NCBI GenBank assembly: GCA_965218095.1
Contig: OZ244587.1
Location: forward strand, 2,275,928 to 2,339,927
DNA length: 64,000 nt
Direction: 5' to 3'
From: Candidatus Poribacteria bacterium
GTDB taxonomy: Bacteria; Poribacteria; WGA-4E; PCPOR2b
A program made the position numbers and the translations under genes. The notes under the pieces were generated by a model that saw nothing but the letters and a program-made list of their open reading frames with translations, did no database searches and was not told the origin of the DNA. Shown here piece by piece: positions 46,787 to 56,017 of this stretch (the stretch's first letter is position 1; each line of letters begins with the position of its first letter).

Positions 46787-47731
46787 ATGAGCCACGCGCA
46801 TCACCATCGTGTTGGGGAAGAAGATGGACATCACCCTAGCCATCAACAGCACCTTCAGAGCAAATTTCGATTCGCCATCCTGTTGACGGGTTTGATACTC
46901 ATTGTGGAGGTGATCGGTGGGATTTTGTCGAATAGTTTGGCGTTGTTGAGTGATGCGGCCCATGTCTTATCCGATTCACTATCGCTGATTATGAGTTGGC
47001 TGGCGATTTACCTGTCAACGCGCCCGGCAACGAACTTGCGCACCTACGGTTATCACCGGACGGAAGTATTCGCCGCCTTCGTCAACGGGGTTTCACTGAT
47101 TGTGATCTCCGGGTGGATTTTTTACGAAGCCTTCCAAAGATTTATTGAGCCTGAACCCGTTAAAAGCAAAGAAATGCTTGTCGTTGCTGTCGTCGGGTTC
47201 ATTGCGAATATGCTCATTGTTTGGCTATTTTACGGGGAGGGACACAAGAGCCTCAATGTACGAAGTGCAGTGCTCCATGTCATAGGAGATGCCCTCTCTT
47301 CCGTCGGCGTCATCATGGGTGGGGTAGTGATATACTGGACTGACTGGTTTGTGGTTGATCCAATCCTCAGTTGTGGAATTGGTCTGGTCATCCTGATTGG
47401 GGCAGGGTGGGTCACGAAAGATTCAGTTCATATTTTATTAGAGGGCTCTCCCAAACACGCAGATGCCCAAAAAGTGGCAGCGTGCATCTGCGCAATCGAT
47501 TCGGTCAAAGACGTCCATGACATGCATATCTGGTCTTTGTGTTCCAATTATTCTGCACTAAGCGCCCATGTGCTGATGGAGGAGAACAGAAGCGAATCGA
47601 CACACAAGTTGCTGCAACAGATTAACAAAGAGCTACAAACACAATTTGGTATTTTCCATACGACAATTCAACTTGAGCACGTTGGTTGCCGCCACGAGGG
47701 GAACCTGTTGTGTAATGCCCCTCACCATTGA
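46787..47731 (+). CDS. Cation diffusion facilitator family transporter (CzcD/ZitB-like)
   Basis: His-rich N-terminus (HAHHHRVGEEDGHHPSH) and the TM2 signature SNSLALLSDAAHVLSD. AAGGAG lies before the ATG. Confidence 0.85.
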   Translation: MSHAHHHRVGEEDGHHPSHQQHLQSKFRFAILLTGLILIVEVIGGILSNSLALLSDAAHVLSDSLSLIMSWLAIYLSTRPATNLRTYGYHRTEVFAAFVNGVSLIVISGWIFYEAFQRFIEPEPVKSKEMLVVAVVGFIANMLIVWLFYGEGHKSLNVRSAVLHVIGDALSSVGVIMGGVVIYWTDWFVVDPILSCGIGLVILIGAGWVTKDSVHILLEGSPKHADAQKVAACICAIDSVKDVHDMHIWSLCSNYSALSAHVLMEENRSESTHKLLQQINKELQTQFGIFHTTIQLEHVGCRHEGNLLCNAPHH

Positions 47732-47840
47732 CTCGTTGGAAACAGCAAAACTCACATCAGTGCCAAAACAAAAATCAGTAGATACTAATTAGGGGTCATG
47801 GAGCGAGTCATAACGCAACGATGCAGGCAGTAAGCCGCGG

Positions 47841-48083
47841 TCAACAGCTTAACATCAAGAGGAGTTCATCATCTTGGAGAGGCAGGTCTATGCGAGGGGG
47901 ATTGGCAAGACCTGCAGCGAAAGGGCGGTAAAGATCGGACTGCCAGAGTGGCTCACCGTTCCTACCTGGATTCATGTCTGCGTAGTTTGCCTCATTGGTA
48001 GCGATTTGGGCGTTCACATCGAAAAAATCCAGCACCGCTGGCGCCAAGTTATAACCCAGCGATCGTCGGCCCATTGGCCTCAC
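47841..48083 (-). CDS. Hypothetical small ORF (downstream member of the ATGA pair)
   Basis: 80 aa, no family recognised. Confidence 0.2.
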   Translation of the reverse strand: MRPMGRRSLGYNLAPAVLDFFDVNAQIATNEANYADMNPGRNGEPLWQSDLYRPFAAGLANPPRIDLPLQDDELLLMLSC

Positions 48084-48292
48084 TCGTTGGGGTCGCTCGG
48101 CGCTCCGGGTTCATCGAGGCGTCCGGTTTTCTCAAGGATCCTCGCGGCGACAATCTCCTGGCACCATAGACAGAACCGGTCTTTGTCCCACAGCCGTGCT
48201 CCCTTTTCATTAATGTAACTTCCCTCAGCGTTGGCCGTGGGGTCATTCTCACGGACTTGCGTGAACTTAAAGTTGTCGTGCTTTCCATTCAT
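48080..48292 (-). CDS. Hypothetical small ORF (upstream member of an ATGA-overlapping pair)
   Basis: 70 aa, no family recognised. May be the N-part of a frameshifted gene. Confidence 0.2.
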   Translation of the reverse strand: MNGKHDNFKFTQVRENDPTANAEGSYINEKGARLWDKDRFCLWCQEIVAARILEKTGRLDEPGAPSDPNE

Positions 48293-48334
48293 CAGACACC
48301 GGTACTCCGAGTTGAGTCTGAAAGAGCCTGCCGT

Positions 48335-49411
48335 TTATGCTGATGCAACTGTCAATTCCTTCAGCTTGCCCTCATCCAACTCGACACCCAGTCCCGGTCC
48401 CTCAGGTGGATAAAGATAACTACCTTCAGCCCGGATACGCTCCCGCGCCGGCGACGCCATGTAGAGCACGGGGCCCATGGGATCGCAGGGAAAGGAAAGG
48501 TTGGGCATCGAAACCCCGACATGGACTTGCGCTGCTGTCCCCAGGGTCGATTCTTGATCTGTGCCAATCAGACACCTGAGCCCCGCCGCCTCTGCCAGCG
48601 CAAACAGCCGACGGATATGGGTCGGTCCCCCCGACACGCACGCCACGTTGAACACCGTGCAGGAACCACGCTCGGCTGCCTCGTATCCCTGCTCCAGGCT
48701 GTTGATGTGCAGGCTCACCGGCAGATCCATTCGCCTGGTGAACTCCGCAGACACTCGCAGGTTGCGTGAGGGTTGCTCAAAATGGTAAGGTGCATGATGC
48801 CGAAGCACATCGGCGTAGCACAGAGCTGTTTCCCAGTCATTGAATCGTCCAGAAAAATCCAGTTGCTTGAGCTTGATCTGCTCGCCAAAGCGAGACTTCA
48901 TCTCGGTCAAGAACCGGTCGTCCAACGCACTGTCACCTGACACGTAGTAGCGGAAGAGATGGTGCCCCAGGTCTACCAACCGCTGCAGGTAACCCGCAGC
49001 CTGCTCAAAGTCCTCCCGCACCTGCCGCCCCCAAATCGGATAGCAGCAATAAACGCGGTCTCGTATTTTGCCGCCGAGCAATTGGTAGGCCGGCACACCC
49101 TGTGCCTTGCCGTTGAGATCGTAGAGCGCCAGATCTATGGCGGAGGCGAGGTGCAGATTTGAGACTGTGCTGTCGAAGTTCTGCGCTCGCAGTAACTCAT
49201 TGATTTCGGTAATGCGGGTGGCGTCGCGTCCCACTAGCAGTTCGTTGTAACGCCTGGCTACCGCGCCTAAATCGTCAGCGCTGCTGTCTGAAGCCTCTCC
49301 TAGTCCTATAGGACCGTCGTCCACATGAACCTCGACGATGACATGGCCGGATACATGGCCATAATAGCGTGGTGTTTCAATCTGGAATGTTTCGACTTTT
49401 GTGATCTTCAT
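48335..49411 (-). CDS. Enolase-superfamily enzyme (mandelate racemase / muconate lactonizing type)
   Basis: MKITKVETFQIETPRY...VEVHVDDGPIGLGEAS is an N-terminal capping domain typical of the family. Confidence 0.7.
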   Translation of the reverse strand: MKITKVETFQIETPRYYGHVSGHVIVEVHVDDGPIGLGEASDSSADDLGAVARRYNELLVGRDATRITEINELLRAQNFDSTVSNLHLASAIDLALYDLNGKAQGVPAYQLLGGKIRDRVYCCYPIWGRQVREDFEQAAGYLQRLVDLGHHLFRYYVSGDSALDDRFLTEMKSRFGEQIKLKQLDFSGRFNDWETALCYADVLRHHAPYHFEQPSRNLRVSAEFTRRMDLPVSLHINSLEQGYEAAERGSCTVFNVACVSGGPTHIRRLFALAEAAGLRCLIGTDQESTLGTAAQVHVGVSMPNLSFPCDPMGPVLYMASPARERIRAEGSYLYPPEGPGLGVELDEGKLKELTVASA

Positions 49412-49706
49412 CTGTTTCTCCTTTCAGTGAGCGAAAAATTGCTAACCCCCCCCATGCTTGTTTGACATCATCCTTCGGTGGGTGCCAGCCTGCTATAACC
49501 CAATGATGGCGTGCGGTAACAATTGTTGCATGGTTCATTTGCAATGCAGTGACCGTTGCTCCGCCACAGGCGGTTCTGCCCACGATATGTGTGCCATCTA
49601 CGCTCCATTTGAAATGCCGTTTCCAATTTTGTTTCTGTAGGTTGAACAGGCGTGTCTCTCGCCCAGTAAGCGGATCCAGGGCATGAGTCTGTGCACCTTC
49701 TTTCAT
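49377..49706 (-). pseudogene. C-terminal remnant of an HNH endonuclease
   Basis: LDPLTGRETRLFNLQKQNWKRHFKWSVDGTHIVGRTACGGATVTALQMNHATIVTARHHWVIAGWHPP matches the conserved tail of a common HNH family. The HNH catalytic half is absent because the MFS gene ends 17 nt upstream. Confidence 0.5.
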
Positions 49707-49722
49707 TTCCGACAGCGCAATT

Positions 49723-50991
49723 TCAGTTTTGAGTCGTAGAACGAAGATCGAATTTCTTCTGTCTTGTGCGGAAGTGTACCCAAAAGATGAGCGTGCCGAT
49801 GGCGGTCAAGCTCGCACCCGTCAGGAAAAGGCTGCCATAGCCCAGCGCGGTGATGATGTAACCACCACTCAGCGCTATCGCTGAGAAGCTCAACCCCGAC
49901 GCCATCTCACCGGCGCCGGACATGGTCGGCCGCCAGCCCGGCGACACCACCTCCATTGTGTAGACCAGGAATGTGGGATACCTGATCGAAGTCAAGGCAA
50001 TCACTCCTATAAAACCGAGTCCCGCAGCACTCCAGTGAGGAATGAGTGCCAACGGCAGCAGGCTGATAGCTGTCCCCAACGACGCGCAGGCGGCGGTGCG
50101 ACCATTGCCCCAACGCGCTGTCAGCAGAGGCACAGTCAATGCGGCTGGCACGGCAAGCAGTCTGCCGGCGGCCGATAACGCACCGATCTGGGTGGTGGCG
50201 ATGTGCAAACCGGCGTCGAGGTAAACGTTGAAGAAGATGAAGATGGCGCCCACACCCATCACCACGAGCAGCCTGACCAACGTCAGGAGAGCAATCAGAC
50301 CAAAGGGGGATGAACCGACTTCAACCTGTCTCTCCGGTACAGGTCGGGCGCGGACCTCATGGGTTGCCAGAACTGCCAGAATCGCCGGAATCAGTAACAC
50401 AGTGGCAATCAACAATGAGTATCGGTAAGGCGCCGCCTGATTCAGCGAAACACCGAGATATGCGGCAAGGAGTCCTGGCAGTAAACTACCGACCAGGCTG
50501 CCAGTGAATCCAGCCAGGGACCAGAGTGCCGCTTGCACTGAAAAGATATGATTGCGTTCCTCTGGGCTGGTGACACCCATCAAAAACGGGGCGATGTTGA
50601 CAAAGTATATGGCAAAACCGATGAAAGCCAGCACATAGGTCACTAACAGCCATCCAGCCTGCCAGGTCGCCGTGCTTAACTCAGCCAGAGGGAGTAGCCC
50701 GCCACCCGTCAGCAGCAGGCTTAGGCCGGCAATCATCATGCGCCGACTGCCCCAGTGTCCGCCGAGCGTACCGGCGGGTAGGCTAAAGAGAGCAAAAGCA
50801 AGCATTCCGGCGCCGTTGACTAGACCCACGAATTCCGGACCGTAGCCGAGGCGCAGCAGGTACAAGTTGAATAATACGGAATAGACACCGCCATCAATGG
50901 TAAATCCGACTACCGTTGCAGCAGCAAGATATAGGCGTACGTCACGGTTGAATTTGCGCAGGACGTCCAAGTAAGTGGTGGGTTTGTTCAT
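49723..50991 (-). CDS. MFS transporter
   Basis: 422 aa with about 12 hydrophobic segments. Confidence 0.8.
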   Translation of the reverse strand: MNKPTTYLDVLRKFNRDVRLYLAAATVVGFTIDGGVYSVLFNLYLLRLGYGPEFVGLVNGAGMLAFALFSLPAGTLGGHWGSRRMMIAGLSLLLTGGGLLPLAELSTATWQAGWLLVTYVLAFIGFAIYFVNIAPFLMGVTSPEERNHIFSVQAALWSLAGFTGSLVGSLLPGLLAAYLGVSLNQAAPYRYSLLIATVLLIPAILAVLATHEVRARPVPERQVEVGSSPFGLIALLTLVRLLVVMGVGAIFIFFNVYLDAGLHIATTQIGALSAAGRLLAVPAALTVPLLTARWGNGRTAACASLGTAISLLPLALIPHWSAAGLGFIGVIALTSIRYPTFLVYTMEVVSPGWRPTMSGAGEMASGLSFSAIALSGGYIITALGYGSLFLTGASLTAIGTLIFWVHFRTRQKKFDLRSTTQN

Positions 50992-51007
50992 GCTGTTTGA
51001 CGATGGC

Positions 51008-52045
51008 CTATCCCGCCTCGGCTAGCCGGCGCGTGGTATCCACCACGTACCCCACATCCTCGGCTGTGATGTGCCGATGGGCAACCAGACGTGCGCTGGC
51101 AGGAGTCCGCGGGTTAGCAAGGATGCCATAGGTTTTCCACTTCTCTACTAAATCATTGGCACTCCATCCCAACCCTCCGACGTTTAGCATAGCAAAGTTG
51201 GTCGGCGTGGGCGGATGCTGCACTTTTATACCTTCAATTTCCGCCAGCCTCTCGCAGAGCAGGCGGGCAATCTTATGGTCTTCCGCCAACCGGTCAACCA
51301 TTTTCTCCAGTGCCACAATGCCGGCTGCCGCAATGACGCCGGCTTGCCGCATGCTGCCGCCCAAGTGTTTACGGACACGCTGGGCGTCGTTGATGAATCG
51401 GCGGTCCCCACATACCAGTGATCCGACCGGCGCACTCAAGCCCTTTGAGACACAGAACATCACCGAATCAACATGCCGGATATATTCTTTCACGTCCACA
51501 CCGTGCGCCGCAGCTGCATTAAAAATCCGCGCCCCGTCCGTATGCAGTTTCATGCTATGTGCCCTGGCGGTCCTGGACACGGCTTCTACCGCTGCGGGCG
51601 CCCACGCTGCCCCACCGCTCCCGTTGTGGGTGTTCTCAATGCACACCAGGCTCGGTTGGACCGTGTCGCCGGAGCGGATTACTTCTTTCAACTGTTCAGG
51701 TTGGATGACCCCGAATTCCGCCTTCATCGGGTGTCGTGTCAAGCCGTTGAGGGCAGCAAATTCCCCACGCTCTCCGGCGAACATGTGGGCGCGTTCCTCA
51801 AAGAAAACATCGTCCCCCGGACGGGTGTGGGCGAGCAGTGCACAGGCATTGCCCATCGTTCCGCTGAGGATGTAGAGCGCCGCCTCCATCCCGACCTTCT
51901 CAGCAGCCAACTCTTGGAGTCGGTTCACGGTGGCATCCTCATTATAACCATCATCTCCCAGTACCGCATTCACCATCGCCTCCTTCATCTCTTCCGTGGG
52001 CAGAGTGACGGTATCGCTTCTGAGATCTACAGTTCTCTCTAGCAT
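51008..52045 (-). CDS. ltaE: Low-specificity L-threonine aldolase (PLP-dependent)
   Basis: DLRSDTVTLPTEEMKEAMVNAVLGDDGYNEDATVNRLQE..., SGTMGN, and the PLP-Lys region MFCVSKGLSAPVGS. Confidence 0.8.
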   Translation of the reverse strand: MLERTVDLRSDTVTLPTEEMKEAMVNAVLGDDGYNEDATVNRLQELAAEKVGMEAALYILSGTMGNACALLAHTRPGDDVFFEERAHMFAGERGEFAALNGLTRHPMKAEFGVIQPEQLKEVIRSGDTVQPSLVCIENTHNGSGGAAWAPAAVEAVSRTARAHSMKLHTDGARIFNAAAAHGVDVKEYIRHVDSVMFCVSKGLSAPVGSLVCGDRRFINDAQRVRKHLGGSMRQAGVIAAAGIVALEKMVDRLAEDHKIARLLCERLAEIEGIKVQHPPTPTNFAMLNVGGLGWSANDLVEKWKTYGILANPRTPASARLVAHRHITAEDVGYVVDTTRRLAEAG

Positions 52046-52123
52046 AATCCTTTTTTCCTTTCCTCAGATATAAATCGGCACAACACACGTCATTACACGC
52101 AGGTTGGGACACTTTACATCCCC

Positions 52124-53138
52124 CTAGAGTTCACCGCCGCAGGCACGGATAAGCGTCTCATGGGTCAGAAGGTCGTGTGCTGGAGAGAATAGCGGCTGGC
52201 GTTCCCCCCGGATCACCGCTATGAGCTCCTCCAGATCGCCAATGTAGCGGGGCCTGTCCTCTACGGGTACGGCCTGCCAACCTGATTTATAAGGTGCTTT
52301 CGCCTCCCGGAGGCAGAGGTCAATCTTTGGAGGTTCTATCGGTTCTAAGATGATGCTACCATCCAGTCCGTGGACTTCCACCCGGCGGTGGAGGCCGGGC
52401 TCCGTCTCCAGAGCGGCTGTCTCTATCACGGCCATGGCACCCTGCTCGTCGTATTCCAACACCACCAGAGCGTTGTCTACCCCGGAGGGAAAATCATCAT
52501 AGCTTCTGGCATCAGAGTGCAGAAATGGCTTAATCCGGTCGGCCCGGCCGAACATCCACACTGCCTGATCAAAGAGGTGGCAGGCTTCCTCCTGCATGAT
52601 GCCCCCTGGATACCGGTGGACATGGTTGCGATGGTAGTATTCTTTGCCCGCTTCCGGCGCGGAAGCGGGCAAAGAATACGCGGCCTATGAGCCCGTCCCG
52701 TATGATTTTTTGGATGAATTCAAGGCCAGGGTTGAACCGCCATTGATAGCCCATCTGGATGAAGAGCCCCTTTTCTTTGGCGAGATCGTAAAGAGCGCAC
52801 AACGCCGGCAAGGACATACCGGGGGGCTTGTCCAGGTGAATATGCTTACCCGCCTCCAGGGCCCGCCGCGCCCAGCCGAGGCATTCCCATGGCCAGGTCT
52901 CAATGTGGATAGCCTTGATGCTGGGGTCATTCAGCAGTCCATCGGCGGAATCAATCCAGCGTACACTAGCGTATTCAGTCCTGCCGTGTCGAGCCTCCCA
53001 CATGACCGAATCAGGCTCATGGATGCCCGCGAACTCTACGTTGAGTCGCTCCAGAACCAGTCTGGAGGCGTCTACTACAAGCTTGGTTGCGTGAGTGTGG
53101 GCGATGCCTATTTGGGCGATGCGAAGTGTTTCCGACAT
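52124..53138 (-). pseudogene. Gfo/Idh/MocA family oxidoreductase, frameshifted at the centre of a 43-nt palindrome
   Basis: N-part 52569..53138 (LRIAQIGIAHTHA...HLDKPPG...GRVFFARFRAGSG) and C-part 52124..52672 (..EAGKEYYHRNHVHRYPGGIMQEEACHLFDQAVWMFG) are in different frames. Removing 1 nt in the loop joins them. Confidence 0.7.
52637..52679. repeat. Perfect inverted repeat inside a coding region (20-bp arms, 3-nt loop)
   Basis: GTATTCTTTGCCCGCTTCCG-GCG-CGGAAGCGGGCAAAGAATAC, read directly. Confidence 0.95.
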
Positions 53139-53153
53139 ATATAAGTCTCCTAT

Positions 53154-53224
53154 TACGAGTTTTTCACTTAGCTCGGTTGGAGGCGGGATATACCTGATTT
53201 TCCCCTCTAACTGAAAAAGTCGTA
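53154..53224. mobile_element. MITE-like element, copy 2 (71 bp) with a 6-bp target-site duplication
   Basis: TIRs TACGAGTTTTTCACTTA (53154..53170) and TAACTGAAAAAGTCGTA (53208..53224). Flanked by TCCTAT at 53148..53153 and 53225..53230. Confidence 0.7.
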
Positions 53225-53272
53225 TCCTATCTGTTTTTTACTCATGTTTCTTTGTATTCTGATATCGTGATG

Positions 53273-54409
53273 TCAATGAGGCGCGCCCCGGAATTTCTTG
53301 ACCACATCTTCGTTCAATTCAAAGCCAAGTCCTGGACGTTTGGGGACCTCGATAAATCCGTCCGCATCGACCTCTACCAGCGGGACCAGCAACTCGGAAA
53401 TGATTGGTGAATCCGGAAATACCATCGGTGTCTCGAAATACGGCATGTTTGGCAGCACCGCCGCCAGGTGGATTTCCGCGGCTACGCCGACCAAATGGCA
53501 CCAGGCATGCGGGACACAGATTAGCCCCCTGCGATAGGCGGCCTCAGCAATTCGGGCGATTTCACTGATTCCACCTGAGCGGACCGAACTGGGCTGTACC
53601 ACATCCACCCGGCCCTTCTCCATAACCTCCTCGAACTCAAAGCGCGTGGTGAAGCCCCAGTCGCCCACGGCGATTCGTGTATCCACCACATCCGCCAACC
53701 GCGCATAACCGGCGAGATTGTCCGCCGGCAGGGGTGCTTCGATAAAGAACGGGTGGTATCCCTCAATCGCACGGATTGATGCAATGGCTTGCCCGACCTC
53801 GTACCAGCAATTCTGCACATCGATCAGGAGATCTCTGTCCTCGCCGATGGTTTCGCGGACGGCCCCCACAATCTCGGCATCGCGCCGGACGCTGACATGC
53901 CCGAAACCGCCGGGCCACTCCTCCAGTTTCATCGCCCGGAAGCCGCGTTCCTTCGCCAGCGTAAAACGCTCAGTGATCTCCTCCACATCCTCTCCCGGGG
54001 GGTAGACGGTTGCATAGGGCTTTACTTTTTTCTTGATTTCGCCGGTTTCCCGCACGGTACAGCAGGCGTGCCAGATCAGTTCGCAGACCGGCTTACCGAA
54101 TGTCTTGCCCGCAATATCCCAGAGCGCAGTCTCCACCGCTCCAATCGCGGCAATGGTGACACCGCGCCGACCGAATAAACCGGTAGCAGAATACATCTTC
54201 TGCCAGAGGCGTTCAACTTGCAGGGGGTCTTCGCCGTGCAAGATTTGCTGCAAGCCGCCGTCGGTGCGAATGATGGCGTCAATGATGAGCGACGGCGATT
54301 CCGCCTGCCCAATACCGGTGATGCCCTCATCGGTATGTACCCGCACCAGGGTCTCCCCAGCCTTACCCGGATCGACCAGCGCAATGGTTTCGATTTCTGT
54401 AATTTTCAC
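53273..54409 (-). CDS. Enolase-superfamily dehydratase (mandelate racemase / galactonate dehydratase-like)
   Basis: VKITEIETIAL...VRVHTDEGITGIGQA...AIGAVETALWDIAGK. The GTG at 54409 has AGAGGAG 10 nt upstream. An alternative GTG lies at 54433. Confidence 0.75.
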   Translation of the reverse strand: MKITEIETIALVDPGKAGETLVRVHTDEGITGIGQAESPSLIIDAIIRTDGGLQQILHGEDPLQVERLWQKMYSATGLFGRRGVTIAAIGAVETALWDIAGKTFGKPVCELIWHACCTVRETGEIKKKVKPYATVYPPGEDVEEITERFTLAKERGFRAMKLEEWPGGFGHVSVRRDAEIVGAVRETIGEDRDLLIDVQNCWYEVGQAIASIRAIEGYHPFFIEAPLPADNLAGYARLADVVDTRIAVGDWGFTTRFEFEEVMEKGRVDVVQPSSVRSGGISEIARIAEAAYRRGLICVPHAWCHLVGVAAEIHLAAVLPNMPYFETPMVFPDSPIISELLVPLVEVDADGFIEVPKRPGLGFELNEDVVKKFRGAPH

Positions 54410-54573
54410 TGGATTTCGACTCCTCTTTAACACTACAATGAAACTTGCTGTTGTAGCGCATGCGGACCCGATCTGTCGGGGCTCTACTTATGCCAATTCT
54501 ACATTGAATGTTTCGTTAGCTGCCATTTTGAACGTAGCGAAGAATCTCAATCTGATCGATCATAGCGATCCTT

Positions 54574-54629
54574 TCCCACCTTACGTTCCACGATTCATGA
54601 TTCACGTTTCACGCATCACAACTCACCCT
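54574..54629. repeat. Heptamer array (8 units) spanning the nth stop codon
   Basis: Sense of nth: AGGGTGA GTTGTGA TGCGTGA AACGTGA ATCATGA ATCGTGG AACGTAA GGTGGGA. The stop codon is the TGA of unit 2 (54616..54618). Confidence 0.7.
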
Positions 54630-55278
54630 TGAAATAGAGACAATGCGCTGTAATCGGACACAGATCACATTTCGGTTTTCGGGCGTTGCAGATCTGGCGT
54701 CCAAAAGTAATCAGGTTCATGTGAAATGAAAACGCTTTTCCTTCAGGAATGATCTGCGGCATCAACTCATGCGCCTTTTCCGCAGTGCAGTTTGGTGGCA
54801 CAAATCCAAGTCGTTTACTGATCCGCAAGACATGCGTATCCACGGGGAAGACATCGCGTCTACAAGCAAAGGCGAGCGTGACTGAGGCAGTCTTAATCCC
54901 AATGCCTTTGTGTTGACACAAGAATTGCAGTACTTCCTCGGTATCCATTTCACGGATAAATTCCAGGTCTAACGCGCCGTGTTCTGCCTTGAGCCACGTC
55001 AGGAAGTTCTTAATCGTTCGACTTTTCTGCGCGTGCAGTCCCGCAATTTTGATCGCTTCCCCAATTTCCTCCACATCCGCTTCGAGCACCTCTTCCCATG
55101 TCGGAAAGCACTCCTTGAGGGTTGCGAATCCCTTATCGCGGTTGACATCATTTGTGTTCTGGGACAAGATTGTGCGGATTAAACACTCTAAGACATTTCT
55201 TTCCAGATCGGGTTCGGGAACACCGTAGAGTTCTTCCAAGGCGTCGGAAACCAACTGTGCTTTCTGCTTGCGATTCAA
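54616..55278 (-). CDS. nth: Endonuclease III (HhH-GPD base-excision glycosylase with a 4Fe-4S cluster)
   Basis: HhH motif (LCQHKGIGIKTASVTL), catalytic D (FPVDTHV) and C-x6-C-x2-C-x5-C (CNARKPKCDLCPITAHC). Confidence 0.9.
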   Translation of the reverse strand: MNRKQKAQLVSDALEELYGVPEPDLERNVLECLIRTILSQNTNDVNRDKGFATLKECFPTWEEVLEADVEEIGEAIKIAGLHAQKSRTIKNFLTWLKAEHGALDLEFIREMDTEEVLQFLCQHKGIGIKTASVTLAFACRRDVFPVDTHVLRISKRLGFVPPNCTAEKAHELMPQIIPEGKAFSFHMNLITFGRQICNARKPKCDLCPITAHCLYFKGEL

Positions 55279-55446
55279 ATAATACCTCCTGCGATAGAAT
55301 AATAGAATTTTGGGATCAAGTTAAGGCAACAAGATCCCCGCTCCCCCAAAAGTTCAGGGGCGGACAGGGGGCGAGGGAGCGAGAAAAAGCACCCCTCACA
55401 TACTCGCCCCTCTGTTGGGCGGTGATACGTCTCTCACCGCGGTTTG

Positions 55447-55821
55447 TCAGTCAATCCGGTGTCTCTTTTGACCTGTGAGCAAAAACGTAAGCCCGTGCAT
55501 AATGAAAGTGAATCTGTTGTTGCCAGTTGCCAGCGTCCAATTCCTAAACGCCCAGCCGAGAGCACTCGTCTCGCTGTTGCTAAACTGTTGATGGAGGTGC
55601 GCAAAACCCAACTGAAATAAACTTCGTTTGCCGACCCACGCCACTGTCCTTCGACGCCCCATCGGTCGTTGGGACAGGTGTTCGGCAGCCACTTGAGCCT
55701 CTGTATATAACACCACCGATGTGGCTAAATCCATCACTTGGCATTGTTCCCAATGCCAAACTGTCGATTTGTAATCAACAAAGGTCGCTTCAATGGGATA
55801 CCTATACGATACCCGGCTAAC
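55447..55821 (-). pseudogene. C-terminal remnant of a DDE transposase (IS4/IS701-like)
   Basis: Hand translation gives VSRVSYRYPIEATFVDYKSTVWHWEQCQVMDLATS..., which carries the YxxRxxIExxFxxxK signature. TAA lies immediately upstream and no N-terminal DD region is present. Confidence 0.5.
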
Positions 55822-56017
55822 TTATACCTGTCCGCCCTTGAACCCTACGAGGGAAGGAGGAGTTTTTGCGATTCTGCCCCCAGTTCCGGTGCGAAGCACC
55901 GAGAATCCTCGACCTTCGGTCGTGACATTGGGGGGCCGGGGGGCAAGTCAAAGACTCTCGGTCGGAGACCGGAGCCACCGGTGGATCTGCCGGTATGCGT
56001 TAAATCAGCACATCGCC

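Noticed and set aside
51156-51875. Long antisense ORFs inside well-supported genes: 51156-51875, 56318-56914, 54033-54632, 9872-10489, 4377-4892 and 6039-6473.
   Set aside because: They lie opposite genes with clear family signatures and have Arg/Ser/Pro-rich low-complexity translations. They are shadow ORFs.
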